Assembly: GCA_012295275.1 (NCBI GenBank)
Contig: CM022671.1
Coordinates: forward strand, 1,426,001-1,490,000
DNA length: 64,000 nucleotides
Direction of reading: 5' to 3'
DNA from: Chrysomallon squamiferum
Taxonomy: Eukaryota; Animalia; Mollusca
In this document: in pieces, positions 32,527 through 59,167 of the stretch
Numbering within the stretch: the stretch's first letter is position 1
How the letters are laid out: every line of letters begins with the position of its first letter
Notes under the pieces: model-generated
What the model saw: the letters and a program-made list of their open reading frames with translations, nothing else
What the model was told of the DNA's origin: nothing
The model's database searches: none
Position numbers and translations under genes: made by a program

Positions 32527-32604
<78 letters not shown>

Positions 32605-34062
32605 TGTGTGTGATTGTGTGTGTGTGTAATTTAATTTACGTAATATTTTGATTATGAAAGAAAATGGTATTAGCATACGTAAAATATGATTTCTTCATTA
32701 AATGGATGTTTTCTTTATTCTTACTTCGTGTGTGTTAGTTCTGTGTTTTTATGTGGTACACATAATTACGTGTTCGCGTAGCACGTGAGTTCGTGTAAGT
32801 GTAAGTTACATGGTGCGTGTATTTATATGAGTATACATATGGCGTCTGTTCATTATCTGTGTAATCAATAACTGTGACGCAGTATGCTGACTACATCGCG
32901 ACGTCTGTGTATTCTGCATCACACAAAACAATCGATGGAGACGTACAAACGTGCACAACGTACTCTGTGCAGTGATCTTACATACCTTACAGAAGGTTAA
33001 TGTACTTTAATAAGCAAAATGTATACTACGATACTCAAATGCTGTTTTATTAATTGTATAACACATTCGTATTAAGGACAGGGATTATGTAGGTCAGTGG
33101 GTTCTGTAAGTCAGAGCAGTGTAGTGTAGGCTTTAATACTTTAATAAGCCGAGTTACAGTCTTTGGTCAAAATGCTTTAATAAGATCAATCAGTAAAAAA
33201 ATGAAAAGGCTTTAGTAAGAGCCACAAAGAAGGATGTATAAGTCAAAAATGATTTAATAATGACAAATATTCCAACCAAAAAATTGAAATATTTTAATAA
33301 AGCCAAAGAAATATGTAAATACTTTAACAAGATCAAAATATCTTATTTGTCTAGGAGGACGTGCTTGAATGTCATCGAAATTGATATTTGTGTTTAAATA
33401 ATTGTAGACCGTTTGTCGTTTTATAAACTTCAGCATTTCAAAAACTTGATTAGTTTCATCGTTCATGGTATAAATATATATTGTTTTAATTTGTTGTAAT
33501 ATATAATATATATATATATTTATTTATTTATGTGTGAATACGTATGTATGTATGTGTGTGTATCCTCTCTCTCTTCTCTGTTTTTCTTTCACTCTGTAAA
33601 ACTGCAGAAGTACTGAGTAAATGAGCTGACACACACACACACACACATTCACAAAACAAGCATAAACACAAAAAGAAATATTAATATTTTAAACGACATT
33701 CATTTTTTTTTCGTAAGACTGTGAATGTACACATATTTGTACCTGCAAACATATAACATATACACATTCACAAAACAAGCATAAACACAAAAAGAAATAT
33801 TAATATTTTAAACGACATTCATTTTTTTTTTCGTAAGACTGTGAATGTACACATATTTGATGTTTTGTTTTTATTTTATTTAACAGACAGTAGCCGCTGT
33901 CTGATTCGCAGCATGACGTCTGCTGCATCCACTTTTACACAGACAGGAAAGTAGTCGTGGAACACTAGCTGGAACGGGAAAACATACACTGAGTAGAACT
34001 GTGCATATCTCATAACGCGCCTCATACATGTTTTATACCGCTGAACCAGAGCGCGCTTATCG

Positions 34063-34129
<67 letters not shown>

Positions 34130-35380
34130 TGATGATGATGAAAAAAACAAAAATTTCAGTATTAAATAAAAAAAATAAAAAATAAAAAAAAGTAAAATAA
34201 TAAATACATTTTTCAAAAAAACGCTTTCCGCCGTTTCCCGCTGTTTTCCGCCAGTTAACAGCGGCTCCGTCTCGTAGCAGACGTCGTTATCGTACTGGAA
34301 CAGCGAGCTTCCAGCGCGCATGCGTGCGAGGCAGCCTGACTCACCTCGCTAACCCTTTAACGCGTTCAGTCTACGCCAAGTTTTCATTTTCCATTTGCTC
34401 TCAGACGTGCAGGAACGTATCGCAGAAAGTGTGTTCTCCTCGCCGCTTGCCTTAGCTTTCATTTCTTGGGTAACTACAACATTTTTATACATTTAGTTTA
34501 ATTATGTGTGACATTTTGATTTAGAATGAAAGTGGTACTAGCGTCCGGAGACATCGTTTTGGCATTAAACAGATGTTTTCTTTTATTCTTACTTAACTTA
34601 TTCCAGGTTAGTTAAGTGTAATTACGTGTTGCATGTGCGTGTTCGTGAACGTGGTGCGTTTGTTTGTCTGAGTTGCGTGGTGCGTGTATTTGTGTGTGTG
34701 CAGATTGTGCTTGTGTGTCTGTCTCTGCGTAATCAATAAATGTGAGGCATAATTCTGATTATATCGGATTTTTATCGATTCTGTGACTGGATGTCACAGA
34801 ACAGCAGACTGAATATTATAACCATGCACAAAGTATGTGTTATTTTCAATGTGGTCATAACACGTAGCTTACTTAAGTGAAACATATTTTAATAAAAAAA
34901 AGTTATATTAATTTCTTTATTTGAGAAAACAAGAAATATTCGTAATTCTTTATTAAGGACAGAGAAACATGAGTTACTTTATGTAGGTCAGTGGGCTGTA
35001 ATAAGTGTAAGAAACGTAGTATAGGCTTGAATGCTTTAATAAAGTTACTTACATATACTTTGGCCAGAATTCTTTGATACGGTTAACCGGCATAGGCAGG
35101 CAGGGTGAAAAATAGTTTAATAATAGTAACAAACAAGCATTTATAGGTGAAAATACTATTATAAAGATAAATATACTTATATAGGTCCAAAAAAAAAGAA
35201 AAAAAAAAAAAAAAGTGAACATATTAATAAGGCCAAAGAAATATCTAAATGCTTTAATAAGTCCAAAATATGTTATTTGTGTGGGTGGAATACTTCAATG
35301 TTATCAAAGTTAACATTTGTATTTAAATAATAAAGACCATTAAACTTTTTATAAATTTCAGTATTTCAAAATCTTGATTT
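32115..35380 (+). promoter_or_regulatory. Diverged tandem duplication (~32115-33455 and ~33990-35380), each copy with a candidate promoter and non-coding first exon for the SLC22 gene
   Basis: Collinear shared blocks: GCGCATGCG, cgctaaccctttaacg, tttgctctcag, ttatgtaggtcagtggg, ccaaagaaatat. Candidate donors at 32473 and 34470; acceptor at 36741-36742 just before the ATG. Confidence 0.55.
33643..33859. repeat. Near-perfect ~97-bp direct duplication
   Basis: acacattcacaaaacaagc...gtgaatgtacacatatttg at ~33643 and ~33762. Confidence 0.85.
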
Positions 35381-35481
35381 GTTTTTCCGTTTATATGTAT
35401 TTCTTTACTTGTTTTTTGTTTTTTTTGGCATCGTGAAAGTATGTACATATACATTTATTTATTTATCTGTCTCATACACAT

Positions 35482-35544
<63 letters not shown>

Positions 35545-36572
35545 AGTCAAATATAAACTAGCATAAACAGTAATATTATAATCTAATCTTGTTTTATGGG
35601 GTATTAACCTGCTGTACAGAGGTTTTAACAATAACAACGACTGGTGTTGTTTGGCATACGTCTAATACCTACGTGTTATTTATCTACGCACAATGAACAC
35701 AGTGTCGTGCTTTCAGAAACATTTACTTTTTACATGTGGATCGTTTGACACAGAGTAATTTTATCTTTCAAACACAATTACATATGTATATATATATATA
35801 TACACACACATATAATTAAATACATACATACATACAAATAATATAATATATATATGTATAGGTCACTGTAAGAAACTGTATTTTCATCGTATAAAAAAAC
35901 TAAATTAAACCCCAGATGCATGAATAAATGGATCGGTCTCTTAGCGAGCAGAATCCTAGGATGTTTTCTATTTGTTTCACCTTAGGCAACTTTAAATAAT
36001 TTAATTTATAACAATAATAACACTTGGTGCATGTCTGCCGCTCTTAAGCCTAACGATGCTCACTCGAGCGTGAAATGATATACACACACAAGTGTATAGG
36101 AATTCGTGTTCACAAAACAGTAAAATAGGTAACGGTACTGCGAGGAAAGATTTATTTAATACAGATAATGGAATGTTCTGAACTGTAAGACCTTTAATAC
36201 GTCGCAGCTTCGCGTCATTTAAACCAGAGTCAGGGTTAAGTGTAAGTTGAAATGAAAAATTATTCATATATTCAGTGTTCTGCGTGCTTCTTTGAATTCT
36301 GAGTTTCTTTAAGATATTATTAATATTAAAACTTATTGAAATGTCGTGATATATATATATAGATATAAAAGATATTCTGAAAATATCAATATATTTACTC
36401 TAAGATAATCTAGTTAATATTTAATGGCACGGACATTATTATTATTCAAACGTCAATTCTTTATTTTTCTTTTTTTTCCCCTGTAATTCATGTACATATT
36501 GGTATGTGTTATAGCAATAACATATTTATTAATTGTTTAATGCTGTTTAAAATAATAATAATAATAATAATC

Positions 36573-36625
<53 letters not shown>

Positions 36626-36764
36626 TATTTATTATTATTATTATTTTGAATGTACGTAGTTCTATCAATATTTGTAATAGATCATTGTAGTTTTTAGTAT
36701 ATTGCTGCTTTTAAATTCATTATTTTTATTGTATTGTATTAGACGAAGACATCGAACTGCCATC

Positions 36765-49350
<12,586 letters not shown>

Positions 49351-50183
49351 CCTGTCACTAACATTTTCATCAAACCACCACGTGATCTCAGGACCGTACT
49401 TCCCAGCAGATTTCTGAAGACACCACATGTAAAACCTGGTGCATTTACGTACAACAGATAGGACTGTTTTAATTAAGAACAGTAATTAAGAGCTGAGAAT
49501 GACTGAAACGAACAGTATTAAATGAGGATAAGAACATGTAATCGTGAATTCGTAAATAGTACTTAAGTCAAAGCTCATCGTGTAATCTTGGAACTGTTTT
49601 AGTGGAGTCATATTCGAATCAGGCTCATATCCTTTTCCATCGGCCAAATCAATGTTTTATTACGGTAACAAAACAAATATTAGCTTCTGTCTTAATTCGC
49701 TTTTACTGTTTTAATTTCACACGCAGACAAACGCACATACACCTAAACACGTTCACTACTGCTGCTCCGTAACTAAATGGAAAACACATGTTTTTGAAGA
49801 CTGGCTGCAGATTTAGCTCAACAGACTAAAATCATACCAGCTGTGAATCTCGAATATGTAAATATATAGTGTGCTTCAAGTAATAATTAGTAGACAGTAG
49901 AAAATTATAGACTACATAAGCTGAGCTGTACATATTTTATCTTTGTTTTGCGTAGCAGTTGTTACTATGTTCAGAACATGACGTATGATGCTTGTGCAAA
50001 TATTAAAACGGATATATTTTCTGTCTTTGTTTTTATTTTTAACTGTCATTCTGATTATGTGTTTTAGTGATGTTGTACTGCTGTTTTACATTTTCTACAT
50101 CCGCAGTTATAAGTGAATGGAATTTCAGTAAGTTTTTGATATGGGAGATGTCAAATAAAAATACATAAAAGATGATGATGAAA

Positions 50184-50226
<43 letters not shown>

Positions 50227-51149
50227 ACCTGCCAATAATATGTGGTTATCTTGTGTATGAAATGTTTTTTTTTTTTTTTTTTTTTAATCTTTTTGGTGTT
50301 TGTTGTTGTTGTTGTTTGTGAGGGAGTGATAATTCACTGGTTCAGTATTTTTTATGTCGGTGAACTCGCGGGTGACCTAGATTACCCCTCCCCAGCAACA
50401 TCTTAGATCTTCTCCTGAATACGTAGTCAGTGCAACCATTCTCTGATTTTCGTGCTCTCGTTTCGTTCTTCTCGCTCCAACGCGTTCACGCGCACTTACA
50501 AACTGAGCGTTTTGTGTGTATTTGTGTTCATCTTCAGTCACGTTCATAATTCGTTTTCCTTATTATTGAAAATATTCTTGGCACGCTGATAAAAGAAAGT
50601 AAAAAAAAAACAGAAACAATTACAAGGATGAATGTTAACTGTACGTGAACATTCTAACACGGTCATCTGGAAGATGGGGAAAAGAATGGTTCACATTTTT
50701 ACTAAACAGGTATTTTAATACGTATGTTGTACCAAGGTGTGTTGTACCAAGGTATATTGTACCTGTGTGTGTATTTGTTTATGAGTGCATTTCTGCGTGC
50801 AAGCGAGCTTCTGTGCTAAATTATTAATCATTATGTAAAAATAAACGAAGAAATAAGACAAACAAAAATCAGTGATAACATAGTTTGAAAATATTAATAG
50901 TTTCAGTGAAGGATACGATGGTTTTGGATCATATGTGCAAAGTTTATCTTAAAATAATCTTTAAAAAGAAAATAGAAGAACGGCTCTGAATTAACAAGCG
51001 GTATTACATGAACTGTTTCTTATTATGTGGAGGTAGGCGTTTGTTTTATTTTTGTTGTTTATTTTTTAATGCCTATCAGAATTTGGTATCGGCGAATACG
51101 TTGATTTTCAAAAACTTCATACTTTAAAAACGACACTGACGCCTCATTG

Positions 51150-51290
51150 CGATAGTCTACTTGCTTTCGATTCGCAGTAAGGGATCTTTAATTTGCTCCT
51201 TCCCGTAAACAGGAAAGTAGGGTGTGGTGCTGAGAAAACTTCAAACTTCGCTAATCTTAAGAGGTTTCACCCGTCTTGGAACATCTGCCT
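51150..51290. mobile_element. Possible degenerate SINE-like fragment; related pieces at ~33925-33985 and ~22675-22730
   Basis: Shares acaggaaagtag...gtgg with 33943-33960. It resembles gastropod SINE cores, but that comparison is from memory only. Confidence 0.3.
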
Positions 51291-52725
51291 TAGTGACGCC
51301 ATTAGAATTATCGAGACTACTTTGTCATTTGCTTTTCTTTAGGAAGATAATTATACTGGGAAAATGTATTTTCCGAACCGATTTCTGAAGACAGAAAAAC
51401 TCTGCAACGAAATGAAGCGAAACGATAATAATATTAAGATCATCATCACCACCATTATCAGTTTTAAAATAAATTAAAATGCATATTAAAAAAACCCCAC
51501 CCATAAACGGATAACTGGTAGTATTGGTGACATCATGTTCTTGACTACCGACAACAAGACGGACTTTGTGCAGTTTTAAATATTTGTTTTTATTAAAGCA
51601 CCATTTTTATTGTATGAAAGAAGAAAAACAATTATAAACCGATTAACAAATTATATAAGAATTTACTTACGGAAAATTGTAAGATTTCACTGTAGTGTAA
51701 TTTGTTGTTATATTTCATTTGTTAACATCACATACATTTAGTAAGAGACTTAAATGTTTAATATTAATGTATCATTTTTCTTTGACTAATAGTGTGTTGT
51801 ACTGTGGTGGGGAGGGGGAAGAAAAACGTTAATCCGAGTAGCTCTGTTTATATTAAAACAGTGACCAAGTTTTTCTACTGATATTCAGTTTTAGTAATTC
51901 GTTCGTGCGTGTGCGTGCATGCGGTAAATTTGATACACTAAATCGGCGGTGTAAATATGTGGGAAAAATTATCAAGTTACACAATTTTTACAAGTAATTT
52001 TGAGGGTGGGAAGTGTTTTGAACGCAAACACGTTTTAAAATGGTTAGGGTTGGGTTTTAATTGTAAGATATCTTTTCTGTAATGAAATTAATATTTAAGA
52101 AAAAATCCGTGGAATTTTCCGCAATATGCAATATTTACTTCGTTTGTGACAGGTTAAAATAGTGATATAAATTCGTACAAAATGATTAAATACGGAATAT
52201 TAATAAAAATATTTTAATATGATTTATTAGCATTAAATCAGAATTTAAATTTGTCACGATTAACTGTCATAAAAAGATGTTCTCAAAAATAAAGAAAAAT
52301 GTAAATCTATTGCTCGATTTTTGTTCTAAATTTGGAAAATATTAGTGTAAGAACTGGTTAATAATGAACAGTAATAAATGCTGTCATCTGAAAGTTAATG
52401 AAAACATTAGTAAAATATAGATATATATATATAAAACCTTCATACAAGAATGATTTTAGACACACCAGACATTAATGTAGAGTTAATTTATGAGCATATA
52501 TCTGACAAATTTTCCCCTTCCAACCAAAAAATGTTTTAAAGAAAATATAAACAAACAAATAAAAATAATGCAAGAGAACCGAAAATGGACCAAATTATGA
52601 AAATCCACTGAAAGATGATTTACTCAACATAGCAAATTTAGTTTCAATAAGCATCGTCACAATTGACATTAGAAACGAGTCCAGTCAACACACGTGTTTA
52701 TTAAATGTGTCGAGTTCTGTGTCTC

Positions 52726-54187
52726 TCAGGCTGCAATGGCTGCCTCAAAAGACTGGCATTTCTGGTTTTCACCGACACAAGTCACTGGAATCAGTGGATG
52801 TGTGGTCGTCATCAGGTAGTTCTGAAAGAATTCAGAAAGACATCAGTAATAACATGGACTGCTGGTGACAAGAATCTCACATTTTAATTACTCATGTGAA
52901 AACATGGAGACTATACGTTTTATACGAGTTTTAAAAACAACCTTGTTTTGAAATAAATTAACTCAAGTCTGATAAAATTGAGGATACTGCTATATGTGTG
53001 TGTGTGTTATTACTTTAATATTTATGAATTTTTATTAAACACATGATGAAGATGAAACGTACATCCTCTCAAGCCTTTTGTTTACTGTCATATTTTTACA
53101 TTTGAGAAATAAACTTAAAAATGTACAAAAAATAATATTCGTTTTTTTTGTGGGGAAGGTATAAATCAAGTGTATGCTTTTTAACATTCCAATCCAGACA
53201 AACAGACCAGTTTTAGAACCATCCAGGACAAAAACAGTTTTAGTTTTTACACGTCCTGAAAACAGATCCTGTTTTTGAGAAATGTATTCTTATTAAAACA
53301 TCTAACAGATCTACAGACAGGTATTCAGAACAAATACATCCTCAAACAACAGCATGTTGATGTAGAACTCATTCTAAAAAACAATTTCATACATATAGAA
53401 TTTCTGAAGAAAAATGAATCAAGAAATTTTGTTTTTTTTTTTGTTTTTTAATTATTTTTTTCCCCTGAAACAATAAATTAAAAGGTATCATAATTCGGTA
53501 TTAGTAGAATTTTGGATTCTATTAGAAAAGTTCGAAACTTTTCTTATAAAAAAGATTTTAAGTTAAGAAAACTAATAGCCTTCAAAGCAGTCCACCCATA
53601 GCTCTCATGCATGGATGACCAATCCAGTCTGGTGACCAAGAGACTAAGCACATCTTCAGCAGAAATCATTCAGTAATTACTTTTTCAATTAACGCCATTG
53701 GATGGGGGAAGGTATCATAGTCTGGTAATGAGTAGAATTTTGATTCTATTAGAAAAGTTCGAAACTTTAGAGTATAAAATACAAAAATAATTATATTTAA
53801 AAAAATATGTATATACAATATCAAACAACTTCGTATCAATGAAATTAAATATTTTAATTATTTTAAATTGTAAATTAATCAAGTATTATTATTATTAAAC
53901 GTGTATTACGAATCTCAAAGTTCCATACAGAAGAGTCTACATCATCTTCATCCAACACCTCAGTACTGGCTTTCCCTCTCTCAGACTCCAGCTGCTGACA
54001 AAACTGTGCAGCCTGCAAGGAACAAGTGACACACAGTGATCACAAAGACATCATATTGTTACAGTGACATGTTAGAATGGTTTAGTGTTTGTTGTTTCAG
54101 GCCCCTGCTTCTATTTTCAAAACCCTTTGCATGGTTCCCCTTGCTTGAAGACACTATGCTTTGTATGTAATGTATGTAATGTATGTA

Positions 54188-54231
<44 letters not shown>

Positions 54232-57200
54232 CAACTGCTTTCTCAGCTATGCAGTTTCAAATTTGTAGCATCATAAAACTGGTTATATATGGTCTAGCAG
54301 ATATTAATCACATCTATCTAAAAAAAATATAGCTACACTTCATAGAGAGTTAAAAATCATACAGATGAATCTGATGAAAGCTGCTGTTATACAAAACATT
54401 TTTCTAGTGAGCAGTAAAGAAATTGTGACACAGAGCTTCTTGTAATAAACAACAGTGCAGGGTTGTGAACGAAGGGAGATAACTGGTCAAAATAATCAAC
54501 TAAACTCAAAAGTATGTGTAGATATGTGTACATAACATGGCAAGTTGATGTAAAATATTTATATATTTGACATTTACTAATTATCAGTTTTTTTGAAGTC
54601 AGCTGTTTAAAGTCAACCATTTCAGTTTCAGTTTTTTAACAGTTGTGCTACATTTATTAAATAAAATAAAACATTTTAGAAGAAATCTTTAACATTCACT
54701 TTGGTTTATTACAGTTTATTATTTTTTTTACCTTAAATTTTTCATCTTTGTTAGCATTTTTCCCATTGAACTGGTAGATTTCCAGTCCCAAGTCCAGAAT
54801 GAACACATCGTCTGAGTTCAGTGACGACTTACTCAGCGACACCTGCAAAACATCAAACTACAATTAGTGGAAACTTCATACACACTATTTCACAAGTTCA
54901 AAATGTTGTCATCACATCTGTATTTCACTGTAAATTCATGCATGCTGTATGACATCTACATAATCGTTCAAATGTGAGGTGTTGAAAGTGTTGAGTAACA
55001 AACCTCTTTAACGACGATGCTTTTCCTGGTTCCTGAGAAGTGAAGCAGTCGTGGTTTGTACTTCTCCGGCTCCACATGACGGAAGCCAGAATCAGCTCCT
55101 CCTTTTAGCAGCCTGGAAATGAAGAAACAGAGAAAATAATAAAACAGAACAGCATCAGGAACAGGTATTTGTAAAATAACAAATGTACCAGCATAAACAC
55201 CAGTAACAACAGAGTCAACAGCAACAATAACAAAAACTATAGCATCAGTTGTCTTTAGACAGGCAAAACTTTCTGAAGTACTGAAAATAGATCTAAAGTC
55301 TAAAGCATTTACAGTCTGATGTTAATATTTAAACAGTGTATATTTCTTACAATACTGAATTACATGTGTTTCAGTATTTTTCAAATAGAGTAGTTAAGAG
55401 TAAAACCAGTTTCACCTGATGGTTTTGAAGTAACTGAGAGTAACAGTGGTTTCACCTGATGGTTTTGAAGTAACAGTAAAAGCAGTTTCACCTGATGGTT
55501 TTGAAGTAACATTAAAAGCGGTTTCACCTGATGGTTTTGAAGTAACTGAGAGTAAAAGCGGTTTCACCTGATGGTTTTGAAGTAACAGTAAAAGTGGTTT
55601 CACCTGATGGTTTTGAAGTAACATTAAAAGTGGTTTCACCTGATGGTTTTGAAGTAACATTAAAAGCGGTTTCACCTGATGGTTTTGAAGTAACAGTAAA
55701 AGCGGTTTCACCTGATGGTTTTGAAGTAACTGAGAGTAAAAGCGGTTTCACCTGATGGTTTTGAAGTAACTGAGAGTAAAAGCGGTTTCACCTGATGGTT
55801 TTGAAGTAACAGTAAAAGCGGTTTCACCTGATGGTTTTGAAGTAACAGTAAAAGCGGTTTCACCTGATGGTTTTGAAGTAACAGAGTAAAAGTGGTTTCA
55901 CCTGATGGTTTTGAAGTAACAGTAAAAGTGGTTTCACCTGATGGTTTTGAAGTAACAGTAAAAGCGGTTTCACCTGATGGTTTTGAAGTAACAGTAAAAG
56001 TGGTTTCACCTGATGGTTTTGAAGTAACAGTAAAAGCGGTTTCACCTGATGGTTTTGAAGTAACAGTAAAAGCGGTTTCACCTGATGGTTTTGAAGTAAC
56101 TGAGTAAAAGCGGTTTCACCTGATGGTTTTGAAGTAACAGTAAAAGTGGTTTCACCTGATGGTTTTGAAGTAACAGAGTAAAAGTGGTTTCACCTGATGG
56201 TTTTGAAGTAACAGTAAAAGTGGTTTCACCTGATGGTTTTGAAGTAACAGTAAAAACGGTTTCACCTGATGGTTTTGAAGTAACAGTAAAAGCGGTTTCA
56301 CCTGATGGTTTTGAAGTAACAGTAAAAGCGGTTTCACCTGATGGTTTTGAAGTAACAGTAAAAGCAGTTTCACCTGATGGTTTTGAAGTAACTGAGAGTA
56401 AAGTGGTTTCACCTGATGGTTTTGAAGTAACAGTAAAAGCGGTTTCACCTGATGGTTTTGAAGTAACTGAGGAAGAGCTGTGACTCGTGACCCTGCACTT
56501 CGCGGTGCTGCACTGGGAGGTCGTCGAGCAGCGTGTCCAGCTCCACAGTCTTGTACGCAGCGGTTCCATACTCGTCCTTGACAAACAAACCAAACAGTGA
56601 ACACTGAGACATGAACAATGACAGAAAAACAGTGATAACAGTGAAAGAGCTATTTGATATTTGATTTAATTATGAAAGACTGGAATGTAAAATAATCATC
56701 CCGAGTTATCAAGTAACTGGAACATTTTTGTTAATTCATAGTGTCATAGCTAACATTAAAACATTATATATATAGATATCTATGTACATGTGTGTGTTAA
56801 GTAAGATAATGCACAGTGCCTGTGTGCTGTATTTTCCAATCCAGAAGTGCACATCATACATCAGCTTGTCTTCCTCTTTGTAAGTCTGCAAAGAAAGTGG
56901 TATGAAATACACCTACCACAAAATATCTCAAACCCAAAACTGTATCATAATTCTAAAACATTACACAGTGTAAACAATATATTTGTTTTGTTTAATAATG
57001 TTCCTCTTAATATTCTGTTAGTATGCTCTGCAATGTATAAATCACGACTAATATTTAACATTTCAGAAGCATTTTAATGAAGAAGCATTATAATTAAAAC
57101 TAACAATCTGATAGGTAAACATTAAAATGTTATAAACAGTTATCTCCCCTGAAAGATTTTTATGCCAACATGATTATCAATCTCATCACCATAAACAAAC

Positions 57201-58361
57201 TTACATTAAGAATTATGTAAGAATCTCCCTCAAAGAACTTGCCATAATCTTCTTTTGGCCAATGCTTCACTTTAAATTTCTGCCAATGAAAATAAAACTA
57301 TTTTATTTTACTGCTTTATCTTTAGGCAGTATTACATTTAAAACAAGTTTCAATACAACTCAACTATAATTATATGCAAATGTAAATTCAAAATATACCC
57401 ATTTCCCTTCATAATTATCCAATATTAAATTAATTACAGATGTAATACATACTGAAAACCATATTTTAATGTTTATCTTCAACAAAATAAACTAACATTT
57501 ACTTTTTCTGTCTCACTATAGATCCATACTGTCATTCCACACCCTCAAGTTCAGTTAATCAAAATATATAATTTATTATTTATTATAAAACTGACCTCAA
57601 TTCTCCAGATTTGCAGACCAACTTCTTTTCCTGCCCCTTTCCAAGCTGGTTCTGTCTCTGCAGATTCCTCTGAAATAGGAATAACAATAATACTGGCAGT
57701 TACATTATTAACTATTATTAACAATTTTGCTGTCACTAAAGTGTAATAATAAAACACTAAGTTTACAAGAAAATTAGTAGTAATAATAGTAGTGAGGGAA
57801 GTGACTGTAGTAGTAGTAGTAGTAGTGTAGTAGTAGTAGTGGTGGTAGTGGTGGTGGTGGTGGTAGTGGTGGTAGTGGTTGTGGGGGTGGTAATTGTAGT
57901 GGTATTTTTGCAAGTAAGACTTATTAATTAGCTTACTAATGGAAGCAGTTATGTGGTAACAGTAATAATTGTTTTAATTTAAGCATATCCATTAAAATGA
58001 AAATAAACTAAACTGTAAAGTAAAATTGTTTTAAAAGTTTTAGTTGGACTTGATTATCTACAACAATTCTGTTGATAAAGCACCTTAAGAAGCTGAATGT
58101 TTCAAGTGATCTGCTTACACAGAATATTTACTTTAGCTTTGTTATCACCTGGATACAGATAAGCTATCATTTATACAAGGAGACACACTGAACGTGTTTA
58201 ACAGAGACAAAAAGTAAAATACTAATACCAACAGCAACACTAGCAGCAGCAACATAAATATTTCTATTTCAACTGTTTATGATTACCACTGAGTAACTCA
58301 ATCAGTTTATTGTTGCTTTATTACTACTTTATTTTTGTTCATATTATTTATTTATTTTTTC

Positions 58362-58409
<48 letters not shown>

Positions 58410-58553
58410 TTATTTATTTATTTATTTATTTATTTTGTTGTTGTTGTTGTTAAAATAAGATTTACTTTTCACAGTTTTCTCTGTGTCAGATCCAAACAGA
58501 GCCAGGTTGGAGTCTTTCCAGTTGTACTTCTTTGGTTTAACCAGTCCTGACAT
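52726..58553 (-). CDS. Gelsolin-like protein (short severin/actin-modulator type); exons 58553-58466, 57669-57596, 57279-57205, 56885-56820, 56576-56449, 55112-55004, 54842-54732, 54012-53929, [exons missing], 52821-52726
   Basis: [26 protein letters not shown]...[33 protein letters not shown]...[25 protein letters not shown]...[10 protein letters not shown]...GGADSGF...DDVFILDLG...[15 protein letters not shown]. Phases are consistent. One intron needs a GC donor, and most of domain 3 was not found intact. Confidence 0.88.
55407..56470. repeat. 36-bp (36-40) minisatellite, ~29 copies, made of the gelsolin exon-5 3' end plus its splice donor
   Basis: Minus-strand unit GTTACTTCAAAACCATCAG|GTGAAACCGCTTTTACT; the first copy is the real exon end (SYFKTIR). 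Confidence 0.95.
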
Positions 58554-58826
58554 GATCTGGAAATAAATCAAAATAAATAGGCATGCATGTGTGTGCACTT
58601 GCACATGCAGACATGCATGCACACTCCCCCATCTCCACACACATGCACCCACACCCCACACCCCACTTGCTTAAGAATCTGATCCTTAGTAACTAAATGT
58701 TTTAAAAGACCAAAATCATTAACTGTGGATCAATGTGTTTTTGTGTAAAACAAAAAACATTTACAAAACTGCTGCATGTTATAGGTTCAGCAAAAAAATG
58801 TGAAGATATAACAAAAATGTACAATC

Positions 58827-58861
<35 letters not shown>

Positions 58862-59103
58862 CCTCTGTTTATAGTTTCACATTCTCTTTACATGAATGCA
58901 GGATTGCAGTGACACTGAGAAATTAGGTCATTTCCAAACAATAACAGATTTAGCTGCAAACAAGGAAGCTGATTCACCAAGTGGGTGAAGGATAATAAAA
59001 GTATCCCTTGTTACTACACACCAATTTGTCCTTTTATCCTCGACTGTATATGCTAGAAACATTTCAGTCCTTTCATAAATTAAATCATATATATATATAT
59101 ATA

Positions 59104-59167
<64 letters not shown>

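Noticed and set aside
55412-56604. Repeat ORFs ([34 protein letters not shown])
   Set aside because: These are translations of the 36-bp minisatellite; the true gelsolin frame stops at AGG TGA.
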